DNA from: Thermoproteus sp.
Lineage (GTDB): Archaea > Thermoproteota > Thermoprotei > Thermoproteales > Thermoproteaceae
Length of the DNA stretch: 58,255 nucleotides
Direction: 5' to 3'
NCBI GenBank assembly: GCA_049976425.1
Contig: JBMFIG010000008.1
Location: 1-58,255 of the forward strand
Shown here: piece by piece, positions 8,080-20,558 of the stretch
Position numbering within the stretch: the first letter of the stretch is position 1
Layout of the letters: each line of letters begins with the position of its first letter
Translations under genes and position numbers: made by a program
Notes under the pieces: generated by a model
The model's input: only the letters and a program-made list of their open reading frames with translations
The model's database searches: none
What the model was told of the DNA's origin: nothing

Positions 8080-9495
8080 ATGGCGGATATAGTTGTAGTG
8101 AACCCCGCCACAGAGAAGGTCCTCGCCGTCATCCCGGCCGCCGGGAGGGAGGAGGTCAGGCGGGCCGTAGACGAGGCCGAGGAGGCCTTCCACAAATGGT
8201 CGGAGACCCCCTTGAGGGAGAGGGGGAGGATCCTCCTGCGGGCGGCCCAGTATATAGAGCAGAGCGCCGAGGAGCTCGTGAGGGTCCTCGTCTCCGAGTC
8301 CGGGAAGCCCATAAGGGACGCGAGGGCTGAGCTGAGGAGGGCCGTGGAGATCTTCAGATCCAGCGCCGAGGAGGCGAAGCACGTGTTGGAGGGGAGGATC
8401 CCGAGGGCGGACGCCTACGAGTACCCGCCGGGCAACGAGCAGAGGATAGTCATGGAGGCCAGGGAGCCTATAGGCGTGGTGGCGGGGGCCTTGAGCTACA
8501 ACAACCCAGCCTCTACCTTCGCCCACAAGATCGCGCCGGTGATAGCGGCCGGCAACACCGCAGTCGTCAAGCCGTCCACCCACACGCCCCTCACAGCGTT
8601 GAGGATGGCCGAGCTACTCAGGAAGGCGGGGGTCCCCGCGGGCGTCGTCGAGGTGGTGGTCGGTAGCGGGGAGGAGGTCTTCGACGAGCTTCTCGAAAAC
8701 CCCAAAGTCGCCGGCATATCCTTCACGGGCAGCACAGCGGTGGGCCTCCAGGTGGCGGCCAAGGCGGCGGGGCGGGGCAAGAAGTTCATGATAGCCCCCA
8801 GCGGCTCCGATCCGGCGATAGTCTTCGCCGACGCCGATCTGGAGCGCGCCGCGGCGACTATAGCTAGGGCTAGGTTCGAGAACGCGGGCCAGAACTGCAA
8901 CGCCACCAAGCGCGTCTTCGTGGAGAGGCAAGTCTTCGAGAAGTTCCTCGACGCTCTGTTGGGCAAGGTAGCCTCGATAAAGGTCGGCGAGCCCATGGAC
9001 GAGGCGACCGATATGGGCCCCCTAATATCGGAGAAGATGGTGAAGGCCATGGAGGGCTTCGTGGCCGACGCGCTTTCGAGAGGCGGAGAACTGCTGTACG
9101 GCGACAGGAGGGCGGCCAGGAAGGGCTATTTCTTCGAGCCCACCGTGGTCAAGTTCGCCGACGGGTCGGCGGAGGCCAGAGTTCTGCGGGAGGAGGTCTT
9201 CGGCCCGGTCCTCCCCGTCGCTCCGTTCGACGACGAGGAGGAGGCGGTGGAGCTGGCCAACGCCACCCAGTACGGGCTCCAAGCGTCGGTCTTCACAGCG
9301 GATTACAGAAAGGCCTTCAGGGTGGCCAAGTCGGTGAGAGCCGGCGCCGTAATGGTGAACGACTCCACCAGAGTGCGCTTCGACGCCTTGCCCTACGGCG
9401 GCGTCAAGATGTCCGGCTTCGGCTGGAGGGAGGGCGTCAGATCCACGATGTACTACTTCACAGAGCCCAAGTACTACGTGCTGAACGTCGGATAG
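8080..9495 (+). CDS. Aldehyde dehydrogenase superfamily protein, probable CoA-acylating succinyl-CoA reductase
   Basis: KPS, FTGSTAVG, GQNCNA (catalytic Cys), EEVFGP, YGGVKMSG; ELGG replaced by APSG; divergent from abfD. The specific activity is inferred. Confidence 0.85.
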   Translation: MADIVVVNPATEKVLAVIPAAGREEVRRAVDEAEEAFHKWSETPLRERGRILLRAAQYIEQSAEELVRVLVSESGKPIRDARAELRRAVEIFRSSAEEAKHVLEGRIPRADAYEYPPGNEQRIVMEAREPIGVVAGALSYNNPASTFAHKIAPVIAAGNTAVVKPSTHTPLTALRMAELLRKAGVPAGVVEVVVGSGEEVFDELLENPKVAGISFTGSTAVGLQVAAKAAGRGKKFMIAPSGSDPAIVFADADLERAAATIARARFENAGQNCNATKRVFVERQVFEKFLDALLGKVASIKVGEPMDEATDMGPLISEKMVKAMEGFVADALSRGGELLYGDRRAARKGYFFEPTVVKFADGSAEARVLREEVFGPVLPVAPFDDEEEAVELANATQYGLQASVFTADYRKAFRVAKSVRAGAVMVNDSTRVRFDALPYGGVKMSGFGWREGVRSTMYYFTEPKYYVLNVG

Positions 9496-9504
9496 CGGCC
9501 GAGG

Positions 9505-9903
9505 CTAGGCCGGCTGTCTGCCGGCCTTCACTATCTCTATCAGAAGACGCTGGATCTCCAAGAGCAAGTCTTGCAACGCGTCTATCCTCTTGCTCAGAGA
9601 ATCCCTAAGGTCGTCCATCCTTTTGCCGAGATCGTCTATTCTCTTGCTCACGTCGTCTATTCTTTTACTTACATCGTCTATCCTCTTGTTAGCCTCATCG
9701 ATTCTCCTGTTGTTTTCGTCTATTCTCTGCTCCAGCCGCGCTATCTCCGACCTCACGTCCGCCATCTCCTTCAGTATGGTTCCCAGATACAGGAGGAAGA
9801 TATCCTCTGTGGACAGCTTTTTGCCCTCCTTGATCTTGTTCAAGGCATGTTCCACCGCCATCCGCAACGCCTCGTGGACTAGCGGCGAGATCTCCCCAGA
9901 CAC
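9505..9903 (-). CDS. paREP-type coiled-coil heptad-repeat protein (132 aa)
   Basis: C-terminal part of the 566-aa track ORF; GTG at 9903 lies about 22 bp after a TATA at about 9924-9931; contains RIDDVSK-type heptads. Confidence 0.8.
   Translation of the reverse strand: MSGEISPLVHEALRMAVEHALNKIKEGKKLSTEDIFLLYLGTILKEMADVRSEIARLEQRIDENNRRIDEANKRIDDVSKRIDDVSKRIDDLGKRMDDLRDSLSKRIDALQDLLLEIQRLLIEIVKAGRQPA
9601..9726 (-). repeat. Six degenerate 21-bp tandem repeats (heptads)
   Basis: RIDENNR RIDEANK RIDDVSK RIDDVSK RIDDLGK RMDDLRD. Confidence 0.85.
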
Positions 9904-10137
9904 GCCACATACCCGCGACTGAGATATAAAGTTAACTACCAACTGCGGAGCGGAGGCGCCCCCTCTCCGCCTCCGGCATCCCGGGGCATGCCTCGCGGCG
10001 ACCGCATGCATCCGCACAACCCGCTTCTCGCCTCGTCGGGCTGGCGGAGCCGCGTCCTTAAGCCGGCGTGGAGTCCATTGGCGCTGACGCGGCTTGGGCA
10101 GGCCGTAAGGTTTATAAGAGGAGTTCCCGACGCGCGT

Positions 10138-10964
10138 ATGAACTGGGCGGTGGACGGCGCCGTCTTGGGGCTCGTGCAGGGCATCAGCGAGTGGCTCCCC
10201 ATAAGTAGCAAGACGCAGATAATGTTCGTCTCGACGTATCTCCTGGGCCTCACCTTCGGCGCCGCCTACGCCTTCGGCCTCTTCCTGGAGTTCGCCACCT
10301 TGGCGGCCGCCGTCATCTACTTCAGGAGGGAGGTCTGGGGCGTGTTGAAGGCCCTCGCCTTGAGGGGCTCGGCGGAGGACAAGATGCTCCTGAAGTATCT
10401 GGTCGTCGTCACGTTGGTCACAGCCGCCGTCGCCGCGCCCATATATCTCTACTTCAGCTCCGTCTCGGGCCCCGTCGTGGGCCTGCCCATGATAGCCCTC
10501 GGCCTGGTCCTGATCGCCGACGGGCTCCTCATAAGGGCGGCTAGGGAGAGGTACGTGCCGTCGAGAGGCCTCGCGGATCTGCGGATGAGGGACCTCGTGC
10601 TGATCGGCGTAGCCCAGGGCCTCGCGGCGTTTCCCGGCGTCAGCAGATCCGGCATAACCGTGTCGGCCATGTTGCTCATGGGCGTAAGGCCCAGAGACGC
10701 CTTTAGGCTGTCCTTCCTCGCGCTCATACCCGCCGCGCTCGGCGCGTCCGTGTTGCCCCTCCTGGCCTCCCGACACGAGATCCTGGCCGCCGTGTCCCTC
10801 GTGTCCCCGCAGGGCCTGGCCCTCGCGGCAGTGATCGCGACGGCGGCGAGCCTTCTGCTGATAGAGGCGTTGCTTAGGCTTGCCTCGAGCAGGCGGATAG
10901 TGCCTCTGGTGATCGGGCTGGGGGCCGTGGCTATAGCCGGCGGGATCCTCGGCGTCTTGGTCGG

Positions 10965-10974
<10 letters not shown>
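10138..10974 (+). CDS. uppP: Undecaprenyl-diphosphate phosphatase (BacA/UppP family)
   Basis: GLVQGISEWLPISS and AQGLAAFPGVSRSG motifs; ATG 10138 follows the TATA at 10111-10118. Confidence 0.9.
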
Positions 10975-14604
<3,630 letters not shown>

Positions 14605-14646
14605 GCCACCTAAACCACATCAATAAATAGAGTTTCCCATCCACAC

Positions 14647-15819
14647 ATGGCGAAGATATCCGAGATAGAGCCCCTGGTCCTCTACGAACAGGAGGCCGAC
14701 GCCCGTTGGGCCTCCTACTCCATACTGGTCAAGGTCGTCACGTCGGACGGGAGGGTCTCCTACGGCGAGGCAGTCCCCACCTTGAGGGTGTTGCCCGTCG
14801 TCTCCGCCGTGAGGCAGGTGGCGAGGGCCTTCATCGGGAGGGACCCCCACGAGATCTCAGCCGCCTTCTACGAGTGGTATAGGCAGGACTTCTTCCTGTC
14901 GCGCTCCTTCGAGAGCGCCACGGCCCTAAGCGCCATAGACATGGCCCTCTGGGATCTAAAGGCCAGAGAGCTCGGGGCGCCCCTCCACGAGCTGCTCGGC
15001 GGGGCCATACGCACGAGGGTGCCCGTCTACGCCAACGGCTGGTACGGCGGCTGTAGGGATGCCTCGTGTTTCGCCGAGAGGGCTAAGGAGGTCGTGAAGA
15101 GGGGCTACACAGCCCTCAAATTCGACCCGTTCAAGGACAGCTTCAACTACATAACGCCCAAGAGGCTGAAGGAGGCCGAGGAGATCGTGGCCGCCGTGAG
15201 GGATGCCGTGGGGGACGAGGTCGACATACTCATAGAACACCACGGCCGTTTCGACGCCAACGCAGCCGTCGAGATAGCCAAGAGGCTGGAGCCGTACAGC
15301 CCCTACTTCATGGAGGAGCCCGTCCACCACGAGGATCTCGAGGCCTACAGGAAGTACAAGGCGGCGACCAGCTTGAGGGTAGCCATGGGCGAGCGGCTCA
15401 TAAGCGCCAAGGAGGCGCTCCAGTACATGGCCGAGGGCCTCGTCGACGTGGTGCAGCCAGACGCCTGCAACATAGGAGGCGTGACGGGGAGCCTCAAGGT
15501 GGCTACGCTCGCCGAGGCCTTCAGCGTAGAGGTCTCCTACCACAACGCCTACGGCCCCGTCCAGTTCGCGGTGGAGGTCCAGCTATCCGCCGTCACGCCG
15601 ACTCTATACAGGCTGGAGTCCTTCTACGACTTCTGGCCCCAGTGGAAGAGGGATCTCATAGGCGACCCCTTTAAGACTGTCGACAGCTCGGTCGAGGTGC
15701 CCAAGAGGCCGGGCATAGGCGTCGACGTGAACGAGAAGGCCGTCGAGCGCTACAAGGCGGAGCCGAGGGAGATACCGCCCACCGAGGAGCCCGTCTGGGT
15801 GATCAGAGGGACTTGGTGA
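14647..15819 (+). CDS. gad: Gluconate dehydratase (enolase/mandelate racemase superfamily)
   Basis: KFDPF, IEHHGRF, MEEP, GERL and YHNAYGP motifs; divergent from kdgA. Confidence 0.93.
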   Translation: MAKISEIEPLVLYEQEADARWASYSILVKVVTSDGRVSYGEAVPTLRVLPVVSAVRQVARAFIGRDPHEISAAFYEWYRQDFFLSRSFESATALSAIDMALWDLKARELGAPLHELLGGAIRTRVPVYANGWYGGCRDASCFAERAKEVVKRGYTALKFDPFKDSFNYITPKRLKEAEEIVAAVRDAVGDEVDILIEHHGRFDANAAVEIAKRLEPYSPYFMEEPVHHEDLEAYRKYKAATSLRVAMGERLISAKEALQYMAEGLVDVVQPDACNIGGVTGSLKVATLAEAFSVEVSYHNAYGPVQFAVEVQLSAVTPTLYRLESFYDFWPQWKRDLIGDPFKTVDSSVEVPKRPGIGVDVNEKAVERYKAEPREIPPTEEPVWVIRGTW

Positions 15820-15867
15820 TCAGCCTGGTTTAGGACGCTTCACCAATCGTGGCCGCTTCCTCATCAC
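15820..15867 (-). ncRNA. Candidate C/D-box sRNA
   Basis: Minus strand: C box GTGATGA - GGAAGCGGCC - D' ACGA - C' TTGGTGA - AGCGTCCTAAACCAGG - D box CTGA; 48 nt, intergenic. Confidence 0.7.
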
Positions 15868-15951
15868 GCCCCAAAAACACGCGGCGGCTAAAAAGTTGTC
15901 TGCCGAAGGGGGCGGCCCCAATGGATTTATAAGCCGGTTGAGGTAGAGTCA

Positions 15952-16410
15952 ATGGTTAGGTACCTCAAGGGGGAGCTGATCTCTGTCATCGAGGCGTACG
16001 ACAGAGCCGGGCAACAGATCGGCGTCATGCTCATAGGCGCTGAGGAATGGGGCGATAGGGCTCTGCCCATAATCATCGGAGGCTCTGAGATGATATCCAT
16101 AAAGAAGGGGCTGGGGGAGCTGGACTTCCCGCGCCCGTTGAGCCACGACCTCTTCATGGAGATACTCGAGACTCTGGGGGCCTCGGTCGAGAAGGTGACC
16201 ATAGACGCCATGATAAACGGCACGTATACGGCCACTGTCTACGTCAAGGACAGCTCGGGCAAGGTCCACACGTTCGACGCGAGGCCCAGCGACGCCGTGG
16301 CGTTGGCCGTGAGGGCGGGCGCCCCCATCTACGTCGCCGAGACGCTCGCCAACTTGGCCGAGGACGTCTCTAACTATTTGCCTCCCCCGAGCGGGAAGGT
16401 CGGGGACTGA
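15952..16410 (+). CDS. DUF151 / bifunctional nuclease family protein
   Basis: LPIIIG, RPLSHDL and DARPSDAVALA motifs. Confidence 0.92.
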   Translation: MVRYLKGELISVIEAYDRAGQQIGVMLIGAEEWGDRALPIIIGGSEMISIKKGLGELDFPRPLSHDLFMEILETLGASVEKVTIDAMINGTYTATVYVKDSSGKVHTFDARPSDAVALAVRAGAPIYVAETLANLAEDVSNYLPPPSGKVGD

Positions 16411-16463
16411 ACCGCGCGGTCTTAATTCCGCATTGTTTAATAATCTCTTAGATTTTATCCCGT

Positions 16464-16967
16464 ATGGACGAGATAGACAAGAAACTACTGGAGTTGTTGC
16501 AGATGGATGGCAAGAAGACGCTACAGGAACTGGCGGAGGCTGTGAATAGGCCGAAGACAACCATAGCCTCCAGGATCAAGAGGCTTGAGGACAAGGGCTA
16601 TATAATGGGGTACAAGGCCATAGTCAACCCGTTCCTCTTGGGCTATCAGGTCCTGGCGTTCGTCATGGCCAGCGTGAGGAGGGGGGAGGTGAAAGGCGAG
16701 AAGCCGCTCCAGGAACAGCTGGCCGAGAAGATCCTGGCGGACTGCTCGGGCAAGGGCGACCTCCCCTTCGTCGAGGAGGCCTACATAATCACGGGCCCCT
16801 ACGACCTCTTGCTCAAGGTCTGGGCCCGCGACATAAAACAGCTCTCCTCGTTCCTCGTGTCCTACCTCGCCTCCATGCCGGACATACAGAGGACCGAGAC
16901 CTTGATGGTCCTCGAGATAGTGGACGACTGGCGGCGCCGCCACATGCCGGCGGTCGCCGGCCCCTGA
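16464..16967 (+). CDS. Lrp/AsnC transcriptional regulator
   Basis: MDEIDKKLLELLQMDG HTH start; TGPYDLL in the RAM domain. Confidence 0.94.
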   Translation: MDEIDKKLLELLQMDGKKTLQELAEAVNRPKTTIASRIKRLEDKGYIMGYKAIVNPFLLGYQVLAFVMASVRRGEVKGEKPLQEQLAEKILADCSGKGDLPFVEEAYIITGPYDLLLKVWARDIKQLSSFLVSYLASMPDIQRTETLMVLEIVDDWRRRHMPAVAGP

Positions 16968-17002
16968 GGGAAAAACTTATAACGAGTCCCCAACCCCACC
17001 TC

Positions 17003-17302
17003 GTGTCAAGAAGGAGGAAGATGTACTACTACGAGGAGGCCCCCATAGCCGCCATGGGGCGCACTCCGGCGGAGGCTCGGGTCTATAAATACGTCGAGTG
17101 CTCCGTCGTCGAGAAGTCGGCCACGGCGTTGACCGCCATGTGTAAGCCGAACACCCTCATCAAGATATACAAGCAGGAGGGCGAGGGGGTCGAGTACGTC
17201 GTGGAGTTCACCGACACCGACACGGGCTTGACCGAGAAGTACAGGGTGGACCTCTCCACGGCCGTGGTTATCAGGAGGTACCTCGAATCCCGTTCGAGGT
17301 AA
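17003..17302 (+). CDS. Hypothetical protein (99 aa)
   Basis: TATA at about 16976-16982 then a leaderless GTG; host-like codon usage. Confidence 0.7.
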   Translation: MSRRRKMYYYEEAPIAAMGRTPAEARVYKYVECSVVEKSATALTAMCKPNTLIKIYKQEGEGVEYVVEFTDTDTGLTEKYRVDLSTAVVIRRYLESRSR

Positions 17303-17332
17303 TGTATATAAGCTATTTACAACTATATTGAT

Positions 17333-17587
17333 ATGGAGGCGTTGGTGTTCATAAACGTGGATATAGGCACCGAGGACTCGGTAATGGAGCAACTGTCCAA
17401 GGTGCCGGAGGTCTCGGCCGTCTTCTTCGTCTACGGCCCCTACGACTTGATAGTCAAGTTGAACTCCGACGACGCCGAGAAGCTCAGGGCGATCATAAGG
17501 GACAGGATAAGGAAAATCACCGGCGTCAGGTCGACCACCACGCTCATAGTGGCGAAGACGCTCCAGAGGGCGGGCCCGCCCTATTAA
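17333..17587 (+). CDS. Stand-alone AsnC/RAM ligand-binding domain protein
   Basis: ALVFINV...VYGPYDLIVK...GVRSTTTLI; no HTH. Confidence 0.9.
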   Translation: MEALVFINVDIGTEDSVMEQLSKVPEVSAVFFVYGPYDLIVKLNSDDAEKLRAIIRDRIRKITGVRSTTTLIVAKTLQRAGPPY

Positions 17588-18291
17588 TGTGTAGATTTTA
17601 CATATACTCGGGAGTTCCCCAAGTAGATCTGCACAAGGCCTTGCGGCTGGCCGCCGAGAGGGATCCCTACGCGCCCGGCGGCTTCCAGCACGGCGACGGC
17701 TGGGGATACGCCGTCTACACAATGGGCGGGTCCCTGGCTTACTACAGATCGGCGAGGGCCGTCTGGAAGGACCCCCACGTGCCTCCTCTGGGCCTGGCCG
17801 GCCTCGCCCACGCTAGGGCTGCGTCAAAGGGGGAGCCCCTCGGCCTCCTCTACGCCCATCCGTTCCAGGCGGAGACGCCCGACGGGCGGGTCATATACGT
17901 GGCCCACAACGGGTCGGTGGACAAGACGGCGCTCGCCGCGGCCCTGGGCCTAGACCCCAAGCCGTTCTCCGACAGCTGGCTCCTGGCCCTCTTCCTCGCC
18001 GCCCGCTGGGCCGATCCGGAAGCCGCCTTGGCGGAGGCCCTTAAATACGTCAAGACAGCCTTAAACCTGGCCGTGTTGGAGTTGCCGGGGCCTAGAGCCT
18101 ACGCCTACTCCTACTACAGACTGCCCGAGAGCCCCGATAGGGACGCGTACGAGAGGTACTACAGGCTGTATAGAGTGCGGGGGAATGGCTGGGAGGCCGT
18201 CGTCTCCTCCACCCTCGTGAGGCATATCGGAGGCGCGCCGGAGCCTCTGGAGTTGGGCAGGCTCTACGTCCTAGAGCCGCACGGCCTTTAG
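17587..18291 (+). CDS. Class II glutamine amidotransferase-like protein (YafJ/EgtC type)
   Basis: N-terminal MCR (Ntn Cys), HGDGWG, HARAAS, HPF, AHNG and SDS motifs. Confidence 0.9.
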   Translation: MCRFYIYSGVPQVDLHKALRLAAERDPYAPGGFQHGDGWGYAVYTMGGSLAYYRSARAVWKDPHVPPLGLAGLAHARAASKGEPLGLLYAHPFQAETPDGRVIYVAHNGSVDKTALAAALGLDPKPFSDSWLLALFLAARWADPEAALAEALKYVKTALNLAVLELPGPRAYAYSYYRLPESPDRDAYERYYRLYRVRGNGWEAVVSSTLVRHIGGAPEPLELGRLYVLEPHGL

Positions 18292-18492
18292 CCTCCTCGC
18301 AGAGGCGACCTCCTCCTCTAGGTACCACTCCACCAAGAGCTCCTCCCTCTCGGCGAGCCGGACCGCCGCCGAGAAGGCCCGCTCCCACCTATCGTACTCG
18401 CCCACCACAGCCCAGCCCTGCCCTATTAGGGAGAGGTCCTCGTCCTTCCCCGATATTAATAGCCGATCGCCCTTGCGGAACACCCGGAACAT
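18271..18492 (-). CDS. Small hypothetical protein (73 aa)
   Basis: ATG about 21 bp after TTTAAA (about 18514-18519); protein-like composition. Confidence 0.7.
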   Translation of the reverse strand: MFRVFRKGDRLLISGKDEDLSLIGQGWAVVGEYDRWERAFSAAVRLAEREELLVEWYLEEEVASARRLKAVRL

Positions 18493-18580
18493 GTATACGC
18501 GGCGTATACTTCTTTAAAAGACCGGGATTTTGCGGAGGGGAGTTTAACCCTAAGTACGTAGAAACTTTCGGCGACCTCCC

Positions 18581-18628
18581 GTGATGAGGCGCGTGAGGCG
18601 GCGTGGATGGCCGGAGATAGACGGCTGA
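18581..18628 (+). ncRNA. Candidate C/D-box sRNA
   Basis: C box GTGATGA (18581-87) to D box CTGA (18625-28), 48 nt, weak internal D'/C'; TATA-like TTTAAC at 18543. Confidence 0.6.
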
Positions 18629-18639
18629 TCCGACCGCAA

Positions 18640-19140
18640 CTATCCCAGACGTCTGAGGACGGCCGCCAGGACGACGACTTTGGCCAGATCGGCCGCGAAG
18701 GGCACCTCCCAGAGGCCTAGCAAGATCAGGGGGATTGTGTACGCGAAGAGGGCCGCAGAGGCCAGAAACGCCGCCGACAACGACGGGAAGTCCCTCTTGA
18801 GCCGCGCGTATATGAAGTAGCCCATGACGGGCTCGCCCCAGTAGGCGACCGCTATCATCGCCGCGCCTATCTGTAGCCCGAGGGCCAACGCGGCGACCCC
18901 GGCGGCGGCGAGCCCTATGACGGGAATTCCCAAGAGCTTGAAGGCCCTGCTCTCCAGAGCGCTCCCGAAGCTCCTGTAGACGTATACGGCGAGGGCCACG
19001 AGGACGGCCATGACGGCTATGTTGAGAGGGTTCGACACGCCTAGGTAGTACGCCGACGGCGCGAGGAACAGTATCAGGACTCCGGCCGCGATGCTCCCCC
19101 GCATGCCCCTGGACAGCCCGACCGGATACTCGGTCGCCAT
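18640..19140 (-). CDS. Multi-pass membrane protein of unknown function
   Basis: 166 aa with about 5-6 hydrophobic helices. Confidence 0.8.
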   Translation of the reverse strand: MATEYPVGLSRGMRGSIAAGVLILFLAPSAYYLGVSNPLNIAVMAVLVALAVYVYRSFGSALESRAFKLLGIPVIGLAAAGVAALALGLQIGAAMIAVAYWGEPVMGYFIYARLKRDFPSLSAAFLASAALFAYTIPLILLGLWEVPFAADLAKVVVLAAVLRRLG

Positions 19141-19321
19141 CGACGCCTAAGCGATATGTGGAAATAACGTTTATGGGAAGGGTGAGGGAGCTCTTGAGGG
19201 CCGCAGCGGCCGCCGGGGTCGGCGGGGACGACATAGCGGAGCTGGTGCTCTACGTGAGGTCGCTCAACGTGCAGAATCCGCACTCTCCGCGTAGGTGATA
19301 AACCCGCGCCGACTACCCTTC

Positions 19322-19531
19322 GTGGAGCCCGTCGAGGTGCCCGGCTGTCCCAACGGCAGCCTGTTCGTCGTGTCTTACCTAATGGAGAGGCGTCCCAGGT
19401 CCGCCAAATTCCTCGTCCCGGACAGCGACTGCGTCGCCGTCCTCCGCTTCATTCTGCCCCACATGGGCTACTCCCACAGGGTAGCCAGGAGGGAGAAGGG
19501 GTGGCTCGTGGAGGTCGAGAAGGCGCAGTAG
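19322..19531 (+). CDS. Divergent TusA/SirA-like small protein
   Basis: MEPVEVPGCPNGSLF...PDSDC...MGYSHRV...WLVEVEK; about 69 aa, N-terminal GCP and TusA-like spacing. Confidence 0.55.
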   Translation: MEPVEVPGCPNGSLFVVSYLMERRPRSAKFLVPDSDCVAVLRFILPHMGYSHRVARREKGWLVEVEKAQ

Positions 19532-19565
19532 CGGAAAGGATAAAAGGCTGAGGCGAGGCCCGGAG

Positions 19566-20096
19566 GTGCGAGGCGCCCGGCCGCAACGGGGCGGCGATCC
19601 GTTCTCCGATCTGGACTCCTACGATATAAGAGGCTCGGTCCTCGACGTGGGGACCGGAGGAGGCAACGTGGTGAGGTATCTGCTGTCGAGGGGAGTCTCC
19701 GAGATATGGAGCGTCGACGTCGATCCCTGGGCGCTCTCTTGGGCGGAGAGGGAGTTCAGAGAGGCCGTAAGGGCCGGCGTGTTGAGGCTGTTGAGGGCGA
19801 GGGCCGAGGAATTGCCTTTCGAGGACGGGCGGTTCGACTACGTGGTGTCGTTCGCCGCGGTCCACCACTTCTCCGACGTGGCCGCCGCCTTGTCCGAGAT
19901 GGCCAGGGTCTCCAGAGGGCTCGTGCTGGTCTACGACTGGGCGCCCGAGTCGGCCGGCTTGACGAACCCCCACAGCGCGCGGGAGCTGGCCGCGGCCATG
20001 GAGGCCGCCGTGGAGGCGGGCAGACGGCTGGGCTACAGCGCCGAGAGGAGAGGGCTGTGGTACAAGCTCGTGCTTGTCAAGGGAAGGCTTTTATAA
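19566..20096 (+). CDS. Class I SAM-dependent methyltransferase
   Basis: VLDVGTGGG, AEELPFEDGRFDYV and LSEMARV motifs; start codon uncertain. Confidence 0.9.
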   Translation: MRGARPQRGGDPFSDLDSYDIRGSVLDVGTGGGNVVRYLLSRGVSEIWSVDVDPWALSWAEREFREAVRAGVLRLLRARAEELPFEDGRFDYVVSFAAVHHFSDVAAALSEMARVSRGLVLVYDWAPESAGLTNPHSARELAAAMEAAVEAGRRLGYSAERRGLWYKLVLVKGRLL

Positions 20097-20114
20097 GAGG
20101 TTGCTCGCCGCCGC

Positions 20115-20558
20115 GTGGAGATCAGCAGACGGGCCTTCCTCGCCGCAATCCCGGCCGCCCTCGCCATAACCCTGCTCTACGTCTACGAGAACTACCGCGA
20201 GGTCCTCTGCCTCGCGGGCAGATGCCCTCCTTCGACATTCAACGCGTCGGCGATCCCAGTCTTGGCCGATGACCTCTCCGTCGCCTACTTCAACGGCTCT
20301 GAGGTGGTGCACAAGGCGGCCGACGGCGAAGTGCTGGAGAGGGTGAAGGTGCCGAATCCCCGGGGCAACGTCTACATCAAGGTGGTCAACGGCGTCTTGG
20401 TCGCGGCGAATCAAGACGGGTGCGCCTTCAAGGTGCTCGCGCCCGTGCAGAAGGAGTTCAGAGGGCTCGGATTCGTGGACTGGCGCGGCTACGCCGCGGT
20501 CTTCGCCTCGTGCTCCCTATCCTCGGGGACGCCGGTCGAGCTGGCCCCCCTACTCTAA
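20115..20558 (+). CDS. Hypothetical exported protein with a twin-arginine-like signal
   Basis: ISRRAFL followed by a hydrophobic segment. Confidence 0.7.
   Translation: MEISRRAFLAAIPAALAITLLYVYENYREVLCLAGRCPPSTFNASAIPVLADDLSVAYFNGSEVVHKAADGEVLERVKVPNPRGNVYIKVVNGVLVAANQDGCAFKVLAPVQKEFRGLGFVDWRGYAAVFASCSLSSGTPVELAPLL

Noticed and set aside
19173-19298. 41-codon ORF MGRVRELLRAAAAAGVGGDDIAELVLYVRSL...
   Set aside because: Plausible composition, but too short and motif-free to call without homologs.
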